IMG/VR virus record: IMGVR_UViG_3300044981_000387
Location: 56,728-120,727 of that record
DNA: 64,000 nucleotides
Reading direction: 5' to 3' (one strand)
DNA from: a virus
Part shown: positions 36,046-45,413 of the stretch, piece by piece
Position numbering within the stretch: the stretch's first letter is position 1
Layout of the letters: each line of letters opens with the position of its first letter
Position numbers and translations under genes: made by a program
Notes under the pieces: generated by a model
What the model was told of the DNA's origin: nothing
Database searches by the model: none
Seen by the model: the letters and a program-made list of their open reading frames with translations, nothing else

Positions 36046-38166
36046 TTAAACTTTCTTTTGATTTTTATTATGTTTGTCAATTAAATTGACATATTGAGCG
36101 ATATGAGCAGATATTTGAGTATAGGTAAAATTATAATGATTAATAGATCCTAATAATGGATAGGTAGTATCGTATAATTTATTGATTGATTCAATATCTA
36201 ATTCTGGATGTTTCTTTAAGAACTGATCTGTTTCTTTGTCGGTAATCTGACCCTTAAAAGTCTCATACACTTGCAGCACACCAGTGTCTCCAGCACTTAT
36301 ATCCTTGATTTTTTGATGTAAGAGGATCCTTTTGAGAAATGGACTATTTGGATCGGAAATAAGAGGCTTTAAGACAGAAATGGATTGAAGAAGCCGCTCC
36401 TCCACATGATATCTATTGTCCATAGCAAACTTCATCTCCACATAGTTGAGGTTAGAGTTGCTCAAAATATTTTGATCGATATACTTTTCTAGAGATATAA
36501 AATCACCAAAATCTTCTTTTATTCGATCTTTAGGTAAATCACTATCTACGCCATAGAAAGAGGTGTTGATACTTTTTAGGGCCACCGATTTCATGGAACC
36601 TAAATCTAATGTCACATTATTCTTAAGAGCTGGTTTCCTAACATTAAGAGGATAATTCACCTTGTTTAACAAACATAATACCTTATCGTTACTATCTTCA
36701 TCAATAGAAGCATAGCTAACCTGCCCAAAATGGGCATGAGCGGAATCAAACTTAAAAACTAACAAACGAGCAGAGGTTGGAGTATAAGCACGACCCGTAG
36801 CTTTAGTAATCTCCGATAATCTTCTAGCAGACAGTTTATCTAAATGAAGAGTTTTATTTAATTTATCCTCAGTTATTTTTTCGGTAGGACAAATAACTTG
36901 AATAGAATTGAGTTTTGGATCATCATCAAAAGCTTTCTTTACATGACGAGGGGTTGGCTCTTTGATGGGCAAATCGTTAACAAAAAGAGCAGAATGTTCC
37001 TCAAAATGCACCGAAGTCATACGAGAACGGCTTAACTTATTGGGATCGGTGCCGTGTTTACGAGAATATTTACCACGAGTAAAAGTAAAGGCTGGACAAC
37101 CAACTGTCAACCAATTGCCATGCAACTCAATACCCTTCCACTCTAACTTACCCAAAAAACTTAAATCATTAAAGACGTTCTTCAATTCTTTGCGATAATA
37201 GAGGTTAGCTTGCCATAAATCTGAGAAAGAGTCAATTTTGATATCCAATAATTTTTTGATCTCTTTTTGCATTTCCTCCAAACGCTCACGAATCTTATCT
37301 TGCGTCTTCTTGTCTAAATATAAAGCCTCACGACTAGCAGATAAACTCAACTCTCCTACACTAAAATACATTAGAACGATACCCTGACAATGATCAATAA
37401 GCGTAGTACTGGCGTAAGTTCGCAAAGCATCTAAAGATAAAGGATACTCAATATCATCCACAATCATTTTAGCTTCATGATTATATTGGTGTGAAACTTG
37501 AGACGCAATGGCCCAACCCTGGCCCTCCAAAATAGGAGTATGGGTTTGCCATTGGATACTACCACCTTTGATGATAGGTTTAGTTGACCAATGACGACAA
37601 GCATGCTCCGTCCATTCTGCAAATAAATGGGCATCTTTGGGTTCTGCCGGAATCACAATCTCCGTGCTATTAGGTTCTTTGGTTGGCTCTTGAGATAACT
37701 GAGCTAATTTGCCAACTTTAGTAGGATCAATGAAACATGTATACTGATATTTAGTGCCGTTATAAATGGTGTTAATAGCAAAAGTATCACTATATGAAAA
37801 TGGGGTTTTGGCTCCTAAACCAAAACCGCCTGTCTGCACATTGTCGTCACGTTTAGTGCTAGCAGTATATTGAATGAAAATGTTGGACATACGATCAGGA
37901 CTAATGCCCGGACCCCAATCCTTGATACGATAATTATTATCTAAATGGTTTGGCAACACAATCTGGATAGGAACATCTGGTTTGCCTACTTCACGATGAG
38001 CATCACGAGCATTACAACTAATCTCACGGCAAATAGCTAGAATGGGATTAGAATACATCTTGTTGCGCAAAATGTCGAAGATCATACCCTGGTCTTTGAT
38101 AGAGAAGAATTGCTCCTCCATTTGTCCCGAGCTTTCGACCACGGGGCGAACATCCGTTAATTTCAT
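36046..38166 (-). CDS. rIIA: rIIA-like protein (GHKL/Hsp90-type ATPase N-terminus)
   Basis: MYSNPILAICREISCNARDAH, IKDWGPG, STK......GGFGLGAKTPFSY, LSLSASREAL. Confidence 0.85.
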   Translation of the reverse strand: MKLTDVRPVVESSGQMEEQFFSIKDQGMIFDILRNKMYSNPILAICREISCNARDAHREVGKPDVPIQIVLPNHLDNNYRIKDWGPGISPDRMSNIFIQYTASTKRDDNVQTGGFGLGAKTPFSYSDTFAINTIYNGTKYQYTCFIDPTKVGKLAQLSQEPTKEPNSTEIVIPAEPKDAHLFAEWTEHACRHWSTKPIIKGGSIQWQTHTPILEGQGWAIASQVSHQYNHEAKMIVDDIEYPLSLDALRTYASTTLIDHCQGIVLMYFSVGELSLSASREALYLDKKTQDKIRERLEEMQKEIKKLLDIKIDSFSDLWQANLYYRKELKNVFNDLSFLGKLEWKGIELHGNWLTVGCPAFTFTRGKYSRKHGTDPNKLSRSRMTSVHFEEHSALFVNDLPIKEPTPRHVKKAFDDDPKLNSIQVICPTEKITEDKLNKTLHLDKLSARRLSEITKATGRAYTPTSARLLVFKFDSAHAHFGQVSYASIDEDSNDKVLCLLNKVNYPLNVRKPALKNNVTLDLGSMKSVALKSINTSFYGVDSDLPKDRIKEDFGDFISLEKYIDQNILSNSNLNYVEMKFAMDNRYHVEERLLQSISVLKPLISDPNSPFLKRILLHQKIKDISAGDTGVLQVYETFKGQITDKETDQFLKKHPELDIESINKLYDTTYPLLGSINHYNFTYTQISAHIAQYVNLIDKHNKNQKKV

Positions 38167-38175
38167 GGTGCTCTT

Positions 38176-38203
38176 AAGTTAAATCTTATAAATTAGATGT
38201 CAA
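38176..38203 (-). promoter_or_regulatory. sigma70 promoter with conserved spacer box
   Basis: TTGACA TCTAATTTATAAGATT TAACTT upstream of rIIA. Confidence 0.65.
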
Positions 38204-38214
38204 GGGCGACCAAA

Positions 38215-38814
38215 TCAACCGTATAAATGACGAAGCACCAACCACACAATAGGAACAAGAAAGGACAAGTGTATAATTTGATCTATCGCAATCATGAGAA
38301 TCTTGCCCAAAGTAGTGTCGATAAACTCCATAAAGCCACGTAGAACTAATTGTTTATTAGCGATCTTAAGGCTCTTTTTATCTGTAACGGAAGTGGCGAG
38401 ATCCCAGCGCCATGGCTTAAATAACAGATCATGATATAGGGTACCATCAGGATTATATAATTTACCAACACCATTTTCTAGCTTAATAGTCCATCGCATT
38501 TCTGGTGGACGCCTAACATGCAAAGCCCAATAAACAACTGGTAAATATGTATCTTCAATAAAATGAGACACAAACAAAATTAATAAACATACTATAAGTT
38601 CTAACACAGTTAGAGCTCCCACATGAGTGAAAATAAGCAATAAAGGTACAAACCCTAAAGTATAAACCAAACAGTGACGAGCTCTTACCTTAGCATTATT
38701 GTGCTTAGCCATAGCTTCGGCATGAGTTTGGCAAATCCAATCAACAAAGAAATGAATAAAAGTTAGCACAGAAAACAGGCCTCCGGCTAAAGCAAACAAA
38801 ATAACTAATTCCAT
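38215..38814 (-). CDS. DUF3307-like membrane protein
   Basis: HFFVDWICQT, HCLVY, SHFIED, IDQIIHL. Confidence 0.8.
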   Translation of the reverse strand: MELVILFALAGGLFSVLTFIHFFVDWICQTHAEAMAKHNNAKVRARHCLVYTLGFVPLLLIFTHVGALTVLELIVCLLILFVSHFIEDTYLPVVYWALHVRRPPEMRWTIKLENGVGKLYNPDGTLYHDLLFKPWRWDLATSVTDKKSLKIANKQLVLRGFMEFIDTTLGKILMIAIDQIIHLSFLVPIVWLVLRHLYG

Positions 38815-38837
38815 AATAGTTCTCCTAATAATACAAA

Positions 38838-40532
38838 TTAAGCATGTAAATCATATACTTTTCCAAATGGCGCATGAAAACTAGTTCCGCTTGTAATTAT
38901 CCAATAAACTGGTATTCCAGGGTTTCTCATATCAGCTATATCGGTATCTAATAAGAATCCGTCAGTTATGACTATTAGAAAATCACATTTACCTATATTC
39001 TTTTCATATTCGGAAAAGAATTGCGCAAACATAGTTCCGCCCCTACCATAAACTTTAATTTTTGACAACTCTTCTATATTACATTTTCTAATTTTGAGTG
39101 CTTTGTCCCAATAACATGTAGCATCACATGGAACGACTGTGAGCTCTCCCTTTTCATCTAATGATTGTAATTGACTAACACCAAAAGCCATATCTTCTTT
39201 ACTCATGGATCCAGAAGTGTCTAGTAAAACGCCCCCATTACAATAATAAGTTTTTCTCTTAGGAACAAGTAGCCCCGTGAAGAGGGGCCTAGTTCTAAAT
39301 CTTGTCCAATCGTTCCTAGAGTTTCCAGCTCTAGATTTTGCCATTCTAGACCTAATTACGTCCCATACTGTAATTTTCGGAGCCGTTAATTTGCCAAGTT
39401 CATCTTCCAAAGCCCCCGGCACATATCCTGCCATCTTCTTAGCAGTTTCCATAGCATCAGAGATGCGTTTGGCAAGTTTCTCTTGCGTTTCTTCGGTATC
39501 CATATGATCATCTAAAGTGCCACCTAATCCAAAAACATCAATGCCCCCACCACAATGATCACAGGGGCCTTGACCTTTACCCTTACCAGATTGGTTGTTT
39601 TTATTATGATTACAGCTTTCACCATCTCCATGTTGATGGCCACAATCTCCTGGCTGGTCTCCTTGTCGTCCTTGCTCTCCTGAATCTCCCGATTCTTCTG
39701 ACTCTGCGCCTTCTTGTGGCTGGTCTCCCTTACCCGACTCTTGTTCTTTACCGGGATTATCACTTGGAGACTTTTGCGGATACATACCTACCCTACCACA
39801 TTTAGGGCATTTGGGCAATAGAGCATAAAGGATATCATAGATCCTCTCGGGTCTCTTCATATCTTCTTCAAGATCAGGATCGGCATAAAAGAACTTTTGT
39901 TTCTTTTCACGGCGCTCTAATTCTTTTTGTTCGGCTGGCGTCAACTGACGATCTATATTGGCACCTGGTAGATCGATGGTAGGATTAGCTGGATTGTCCA
40001 TCGCTTCGCCGGGATTCAAGTCCTCAAACCCCTTAATGACAGCATGAGGATCCTTGATCAATTCAATGAAATCGTTCAATTTCATAAAACGACCTAAATG
40101 TTTGGCAAAGGTTTCACCTGGATCCATCTTGCGGTTTCGGAAATCTTCCATTACCGTACCATTAACAATATAGTCTACTGCAATGTTCCATAATTTAGGT
40201 AGTCTAGATCCTCGTCGAGCTGGATGCATATAGATAGCATGCCAAGCTTCATGAGCACACACAATACGTAAGCCAATACGGCTTTGCTTCATAATGAACT
40301 TGGGATTCCAATAGTATCTTTTACCATCAGTGGCAGCCGTAGGAATATTGAGTGTGGCTACGTGTTCTATTGGATACATTAATCCAAAGATAAGTGGGTC
40401 ACCACCCATACCAGTTCCTACATGCTCATTAGTATATCTAGTAGCTAGCTCTAGAAAAATCTGAGATAACCTTTCCTCTGCAGCACTAAGTAGCTTCTGA
40501 TCAATTTTACCAATAATTTTGGAAAAACGCAT
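38838..40532 (-). CDS. DUF2201-type metallopeptidase + vWA domain protein
   Basis: TAATDG, AHEAWH (HExxH), WNIAVD..VN, Gly/Glu/Gln-rich linker, LDTSGSM, GRGGT. Confidence 0.9.
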   Translation of the reverse strand: MRFSKIIGKIDQKLLSAAEERLSQIFLELATRYTNEHVGTGMGGDPLIFGLMYPIEHVATLNIPTAATDGKRYYWNPKFIMKQSRIGLRIVCAHEAWHAIYMHPARRGSRLPKLWNIAVDYIVNGTVMEDFRNRKMDPGETFAKHLGRFMKLNDFIELIKDPHAVIKGFEDLNPGEAMDNPANPTIDLPGANIDRQLTPAEQKELERREKKQKFFYADPDLEEDMKRPERIYDILYALLPKCPKCGRVGMYPQKSPSDNPGKEQESGKGDQPQEGAESEESGDSGEQGRQGDQPGDCGHQHGDGESCNHNKNNQSGKGKGQGPCDHCGGGIDVFGLGGTLDDHMDTEETQEKLAKRISDAMETAKKMAGYVPGALEDELGKLTAPKITVWDVIRSRMAKSRAGNSRNDWTRFRTRPLFTGLLVPKRKTYYCNGGVLLDTSGSMSKEDMAFGVSQLQSLDEKGELTVVPCDATCYWDKALKIRKCNIEELSKIKVYGRGGTMFAQFFSEYEKNIGKCDFLIVITDGFLLDTDIADMRNPGIPVYWIITSGTSFHAPFGKVYDLHA

Positions 40533-40571
40533 TTACACTCCAATTAATATATACCTGATAATAAATAGGAA

Positions 40572-41696
40572 TTATTCAACAGATTTATGTATTTTGCTCA
40601 TTATCTCTTGCCAATCAGCATTTTCATCCAAATTAAATAGCACAATTCGATCAATGGTAACTTGACTTCTAACAGCCGCCAAAACATTTTCATAGGAAAC
40701 ATATTGTAAAAACTGTCCCATATATCGGAGCGGAATGGATGGATCTATTTCCGGGGCTTTATCCAAATGATTAGATAGACGACCACAGGCAATCATGGAA
40801 GCAATTAATTGTTTGGAGGGATCCAACTGATGATATTCAGTAGACACATCTATGCCTTTATACACCTTATCTACCATAGGTAGTAATTCTTGATAATAAG
40901 TATAATAATTTTCATACTTGAGGCCTGCATCTTTACCTACACAACCACACACTTTTTTATTTAGGACATCAGAATGCCAGCCTTTTTCTTCTCCTTGAAA
41001 AAGAATATGAGAGGCCCTAGTCCAGCCACGTGGAGAAGGATCAGCATAACGTTCTTCTGGATCTACTGCGCCAAATAAGTCAGTAGGATGATCTGTAAGA
41101 AAGGCGGTGATAGAAGGATGAATGTGCCCACTTTTACCAGCCCAAGCTAACCAAGAAGTAGCATCTGCTTCTACCAAATATTTCTCGGCGCGATCTAATA
41201 AGGGGAGACTAGGTCGCGATCCACCTTCTGAAATTAAATTGCCAGTCATAATGGTGGCAAACAAATTGGGCATAGGATTGCCATTGATGGATCGGAATTG
41301 AGTAACCTCCAATAGAGGTGCCCATAAACTAGGATCTGCTTTATCCACTTCATCAAATAAGGCCACTACACCGCGTTTACCTTCCATCATGGGTTGATAA
41401 AATTGCGGCAATAAAAAATCTACAAACTTTTTCTGTTGCGAAGCTGCCATAATATTAGGATAACCGCCCAAATCTACTCTTTCCATTACGGACAAATTAA
41501 TATAAACTTCATGTAAGTCGGCATTTTTAATCTGCTGTTTACTAATTTCAGTTTTACCAGTGCCACGTCTCCCAAAAATAGCTATATTCCCACCAACCTG
41601 AATAGTAGACTTTACATGATCTGACAAGTCCTTGGTGTTTAATTTTTGTAAATTAAAATCGGAAGTAACCATCTTTTCTTGCTTTTGTGTGGCCAT
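40572..41696 (-). CDS. MoxR-like AAA+ ATPase, paralog B
   Basis: GRRGTGKT, LFDEVDK, PLLDR, SPRGW. Confidence 0.88.
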   Translation of the reverse strand: MATQKQEKMVTSDFNLQKLNTKDLSDHVKSTIQVGGNIAIFGRRGTGKTEISKQQIKNADLHEVYINLSVMERVDLGGYPNIMAASQQKKFVDFLLPQFYQPMMEGKRGVVALFDEVDKADPSLWAPLLEVTQFRSINGNPMPNLFATIMTGNLISEGGSRPSLPLLDRAEKYLVEADATSWLAWAGKSGHIHPSITAFLTDHPTDLFGAVDPEERYADPSPRGWTRASHILFQGEEKGWHSDVLNKKVCGCVGKDAGLKYENYYTYYQELLPMVDKVYKGIDVSTEYHQLDPSKQLIASMIACGRLSNHLDKAPEIDPSIPLRYMGQFLQYVSYENVLAAVRSQVTIDRIVLFNLDENADWQEIMSKIHKSVE

Positions 41697-41726
41697 TAAT
41701 TTTCTCCAATGAAAGTGTGCTATAAC

Positions 41727-41754
41727 AGCATATTCATTAATATAATGATGTCAA
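41727..41754 (-). promoter_or_regulatory. sigma70 promoter with palindromic spacer
   Basis: TTGACA TCATTATATTAATGAA TATGCT; the spacer holds the inverted repeat TCATTA-TAT-TAATGA. Confidence 0.65.
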
Positions 41755-41862
41755 TAGTGAGTAAATAAAAAAGATAGGCAAACTATAATTTTAGGAATTG
41801 ACAATTTGATCCCATCGGCTTCGACCAGAAAAACATATAACGCCGGTCCATCACCTATCAAA

Positions 41863-42279
41863 TTACGAAAAAAGGAGATATGTGCGCAGTTTTTTCGTTA
41901 ATTTGTCTTTGTCGGCAAAATCGATAGGAAAATGCGGAATAACGATATGAGGAGCCATCATCCCCAACTTTTTATACTGCAATTTATTGTCAGTGCTAAC
42001 CAAAAGACGATCTACTAAATAACGCACATAAATGCCATTACAGGAGAATAAAAAAGAGACATTTTCCTGGTCTTCTTGATGAATCTCAAATACTTCCGAA
42101 CATTCTACACAAGTATAGGTATCCACTAAATGAGTGACAGCGGGACCATAGGCATGCTCTCCTGACCCATCCATCACAAAGTCTCCTCGACAATAAGGAC
42201 AATGATGAGATAGCAAGTCCGATATATTTTCTAAATTAATTTCTATCCTCGTTATAATCAATCTCAAACTCCAGGTCAT
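41863..42279 (-). CDS. hypothetical zinc-ribbon protein
   Basis: CPYC, CVEC; C-terminus similar to 48624-49274; start uncertain. Confidence 0.6.
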   Translation of the reverse strand: MTWSLRLIITRIEINLENISDLLSHHCPYCRGDFVMDGSGEHAYGPAVTHLVDTYTCVECSEVFEIHQEDQENVSFLFSCNGIYVRYLVDRLLVSTDNKLQYKKLGMMAPHIVIPHFPIDFADKDKLTKKLRTYLLFS

Positions 42280-42544
42280 TATCTTTATATGCTTTTAACA
42301 CCTCTTGGACAACTTCCCAGGGATCCCTGCCAAAACATAATTGTCCGGCAGTATAAGTAATACGAGTAATTAACAATTCATTGCAACCTAATTGGTACAG
42401 CTGTTCGCTTAACCAATTTCCAGCATATGCCACTTCTCTCAATAAAGGTAGTGCAGTAATTTCTGGCGGAAAAGTAGTATCTTGATCAATAGCTGCTGAC
42501 CATCGAATAATATCTTCATTCGTAACAAATTGTGGTCTCATCAT
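42236..42544 (-). CDS. hypothetical protein
   Basis: 102 aa ORF. Confidence 0.65.
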   Translation of the reverse strand: MMRPQFVTNEDIIRWSAAIDQDTTFPPEITALPLLREVAYAGNWLSEQLYQLGCNELLITRITYTAGQLCFGRDPWEVVQEVLKAYKDNDLEFEIDYNEDRN

Positions 42545-42551
42545 ATTTTCC

Positions 42552-42755
42552 TTAATTAATAAATGTAGATAATATATTTTCTATAAGTTTTATTCTAAAC
42601 AAAATCGTATTTTTAATTTCTAGTATATCTTTACTTGAACCATATTCCTCTATGAGTTTTTCAGTTTTATTAAGTAACTCATATTGTAAATCTAATTCAT
42701 TTTGATAAAAATCTTTGCCCCTATCAATCATTTTTAATCTCTTCTTCATTGGCAA
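42552..42755 (-). CDS. hypothetical protein
   Basis: 67 aa ORF. Confidence 0.5.
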   Translation of the reverse strand: MPMKKRLKMIDRGKDFYQNELDLQYELLNKTEKLIEEYGSSKDILEIKNTILFRIKLIENILSTFIN

Positions 42756-43305
42756 TTTTTAAGAGTATATCACCGTGACAAGCCAGTGGAGAACACCAGC
42801 AACCTAGAATCTTATTTTTCAATTCTCTCTTAACTCTCGTCACTAATTCTGGTTGGGCTCGAAGCCATTCCTCATATAATCGAATGGCATCTTCACGAGT
42901 TTCTACTACCCATAAAGCGGCGGTGCCCTCTTTGTGTGAATAGGGATTACCAAACGGAGAGCCACGCCCAATATAGACATCATAATTTTCTTTTTTACAA
43001 TGCACCACTCGACCCGTTTGATTAGAACCATAACCAAATTGAGACAACGCTTCCACTTCTTTGTCGCGGACTTTCTGCCCTTCCTTTTGTGCCACATATC
43101 CAATCGCCGCATCTGCCGCTACATGCCAATGTTCGGAGGGTTGTTTATCATCACATTGACCCGGACGATAATGTACCCAGACGGCTTGTTGTATATTCTT
43201 GGGCACCTGACGCCAATGTTTATAACACATCAGCAATTCTGGTGCTACTTCTACTTGACAGCCACGGGCATGACAATGATGTTCCATATTAGAGGGCGTC
43301 ATCAT
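42724..43305 (-). CDS. Zn-binding domain + DUF4326 protein
   Basis: HHCHARGC...MCYKHW; VYIGRGSPFGNPY...LGCWCSPLACHGDIL. Confidence 0.85.
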   Translation of the reverse strand: MMTPSNMEHHCHARGCQVEVAPELLMCYKHWRQVPKNIQQAVWVHYRPGQCDDKQPSEHWHVAADAAIGYVAQKEGQKVRDKEVEALSQFGYGSNQTGRVVHCKKENYDVYIGRGSPFGNPYSHKEGTAALWVVETREDAIRLYEEWLRAQPELVTRVKRELKNKILGCWCSPLACHGDILLKIANEEEIKND

Positions 43306-43522
43306 CTGGTAAAAGTGCCGCTATTTCAGCCCTAATGGGCTTAAGATATGCCTCTAATTCTATCTTAGCTGCAATAAAATTAACTACCAGAACTTCTAAC
43401 TTTTTATCATCAATGGTTTGGATAACTTCGGCGAGCTGTTCGCGTTTCTCTAGAAACGCATGTTCCCTGGCTAATTTCAGCAAATCCATTTTGGCTTGAA
43501 CTTTTTCGGTACGCTTTTTCAT
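43289..43522 (-). CDS. hypothetical protein
   Basis: MKKRTEKV...; the longer track start overlaps a tRNA. Confidence 0.55.
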   Translation of the reverse strand: MKKRTEKVQAKMDLLKLAREHAFLEKREQLAEVIQTIDDKKLEVLVVNFIAAKIELEAYLKPIRAEIAALLPDDDAL

Positions 43523-43563
43523 TTTAATCCTTAAATAAAAATAGATCCTTACAGAGCTTGAAT

Positions 43564-43638
43564 TGGCCTCCCCAACAGGAATCAAACCTGTAATAATTGT
43601 TTCGAAGACAATTGTGATTTTCGTTTCACTATGGAGAG
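43564..43638 (-). tRNA. tRNA-Arg(TCG)
   Basis: CTCTCCA/TGGGGAG acceptor stem, arm ATTGT-CTTCGAA-ACAAT, G73 CCA. Confidence 0.85.
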
Positions 43639-43643
43639 ATATG

Positions 43644-43718
43644 TGGTGTGCCCGGAAGGACTCGAACCTTCAACCTTCTCCTTCGCACGGAGAAACTCTT
43701 CCATTGAGCTACGAGCAC
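43644..43718 (-). tRNA. tRNA-Arg(GCG)
   Basis: Arm TCTCC-GTGCGAA-GGAGA, TTCGA, CCA. Confidence 0.88.
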
Positions 43719-43732
43719 ATATTATTCTTACT

Positions 43733-43812
43733 TGGCATCGGCGGAGGGAGTCAAACCCACATGTGTTCAATTAACCTTTCAAGCGGGTAGAAACCGCAGG
43801 GTATACGCCGAC
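43733..43812 (-). ncRNA. atypical tRNA-like RNA lacking a D-arm (loop TTTCTAC, possibly Arg TCT)
   Basis: GTCGGCG/CGCCGAT acceptor stem + GCCA, T-arm GTGGG-TTTGACT-CCCTC, hairpin GCGG-TTTCTAC-CCGC, long extra region. Confidence 0.65.
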
Positions 43813-43823
43813 ATAAACTTATC

Positions 43824-43898
43824 TGGTGATCCCAATGAGGATCGAACTCATTCCTGAACCTTGAGAGGGTTCCGACCTAGCCGGTAGTCGATGGGACC
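43824..43898 (-). tRNA. tRNA-Glu(CTC)
   Basis: Arm GAACC-CTCTCAA-GGTTC, CCA. Confidence 0.9.
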
Positions 43899-43908
43899 AG
43901 CATATCTA

Positions 43909-43926
43909 TTATATCACTTTATTGGC
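43909..43926 (-). promoter_or_regulatory. candidate phage-specific promoter motif
   Basis: GCCAATA AAGT GATATAA 10 nt upstream of tRNA-Glu(CTC). Confidence 0.3.
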
Positions 43927-43930
43927 AGGT

Positions 43931-44338
43931 TTAGTGCTGATCTTTTTCCACTAATACGATACAGCATTCCAAATTAGAGCCACACCAAGGTGTGATGTTA
44001 TATCTATTCAAGTAAACATGTTTTATGTCTGTTTGATTAGGGTTGGTTGGTAAAGCGTAAATAGTATGACTTACGCCTATTAATTTATTTGTTTTTTCCG
44101 AATATAAAGCAATACGCACGGCGGGCCCTGGCTGTATCTGATCGGTATGATTGTGAAATTGACAAGAAAACACAATATCCGTTCTATCATAAGGGGTGCC
44201 TGTTAATTGACTACAAGCATAATCTACCTTCCCATTAGTGCCGGAAGCTATAGAAATAACTTGATATGAACCAGGAGGCATAGTTCTATGCACACAACCC
44301 GCTAACAATAGCGGAAGCAACATTAATAACTTTTTCAT
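43931..44338 (-). CDS. putative lipoprotein
   Basis: Lipobox LLAGC. Confidence 0.7.
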   Translation of the reverse strand: MKKLLMLLPLLLAGCVHRTMPPGSYQVISIASGTNGKVDYACSQLTGTPYDRTDIVFSCQFHNHTDQIQPGPAVRIALYSEKTNKLIGVSHTIYALPTNPNQTDIKHVYLNRYNITPWCGSNLECCIVLVEKDQH

Positions 44339-44345
44339 ATGAACC

Positions 44346-44552
44346 TTAATATCTACAAACTGATACGGTATCTACACCCATAAACCCACAAAATTGACCC
44401 TTACGGCAATCCCAACCATTACGACATGGTTGATATCCTACAGGAACATTGTAGGTGTGACCACTAACCACAACATGATTAACTGGAACGGTGGTAGCAG
44501 CGCAAGCTGCTAAACTGAGAGAGGTAACTGCTAATAAAAATAATGTCTTCAT
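44346..44552 (-). CDS. small Cys-rich lipoprotein
   Basis: Lipobox LAAC; C..GWDC.KGQFC...C. Confidence 0.65.
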   Translation of the reverse strand: MKTLFLLAVTSLSLAACAATTVPVNHVVVSGHTYNVPVGYQPCRNGWDCRKGQFCGFMGVDTVSVCRY

Positions 44553-44581
44553 TTTGATCTTCCTTAATATAAAATAACTTC

Positions 44582-44655
44582 TGGTGACCCGTAACGGTTA
44601 CGATCCGATGTTCAAGAGTTGAAAACACTTTGTCCTGCCATTAGACGAACGGGCC
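44582..44655 (-). tRNA. tRNA-Glu(TTC)
   Basis: GGCCCGT/ACGGGTC acceptor stem, loop TTTTCAA, T-loop ATCGTAA, CCA. Confidence 0.8.
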
Positions 44656-44658
44656 ATT

Positions 44659-44735
44659 TGGGGTGTCGTACGGGTTTCGATCCCGTCGGGGACTGTTTCA
44701 CAGACAGCCTGGGTCACCAGCTCCATCACGACACC
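44659..44735 (-). tRNA. tRNA-His(GTG) with encoded G-1
   Basis: G-GTGTCGT/ACGACAC-C-CCA, arm GCTGT-CTGTGAA-ACAGT, T-loop ATCGAAA. Confidence 0.88.
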
Positions 44736-44789
44736 ATGGTAATATTATTGCTTCATTATTAGTATATATCCTTGCCTCCCGAGGTTTCC

Positions 44790-45323
44790 ATGGTTCACAG
44801 CGCCCAACAATTATTAGTTTTAGCCATCCAATACGAAAACTCCGCTGTTGAGGCTCTAATGACGGTAGCCGAAGGCAAATGCAATTGTGAAAGCTCACAT
44901 TGCCCTCACGGGGAAGAAGCTTGTCATAATAAGGCTGGCAAACGCAAAGCACAATATGTTGGAGCTTTATGCGATGAATGCGCTGATAGAATGCCTGAAA
45001 AATATATGAAAAAAGATGCAGCCAAAGATAAGAAAAAGCTGGATCCAAAAGCTAAGGTGCGATCAAGGGGAAAATGCGTTTTCCCAGCTGAAAAATCCAA
45101 AGATAAAAAAGATCATTACCCAATAAATAATATTGATCAAGCCAGAGCTGCCCTTCGTTATGCTGGCAAACAAAAATCAGCGCCATGGTATCATGGAAGC
45201 GTGGAGTCAATGAGAAAAGCTGTAGAACGCGCCGTTCATAGTGCATTTCCAGAATTAAAGAAAGATAAGAAAAAGTCTTCTTCAATAGAAGTGAGCGAGA
45301 CTTTGGTAGCTAAATATAGCTGA
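44790..45323 (+). CDS. basic hypothetical protein, possibly virion/DNA-binding
   Basis: GAGG RBS; Cys/His cluster, then KDHYPINNIDQARAALRY. Confidence 0.65.
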   Translation: MVHSAQQLLVLAIQYENSAVEALMTVAEGKCNCESSHCPHGEEACHNKAGKRKAQYVGALCDECADRMPEKYMKKDAAKDKKKLDPKAKVRSRGKCVFPAEKSKDKKDHYPINNIDQARAALRYAGKQKSAPWYHGSVESMRKAVERAVHSAFPELKKDKKKSSSIEVSETLVAKYS

Positions 45324-45324
45324 T

Positions 45325-45410
45325 TGGTCTCACCGAAAGGACTTGAACCTTCACGCCCTCACGGGCACAGGACTCTCATTCCTGCGTGTCTGCCATTCCA
45401 CCACGGTGAG
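45325..45410 (-). tRNA. tRNA-Leu(GAG)
   Basis: Arm CAGGA-ATGAGAG-TCCTG, long variable arm, A73 CCA. Confidence 0.88.
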
Positions 45411-45413
45411 ATA

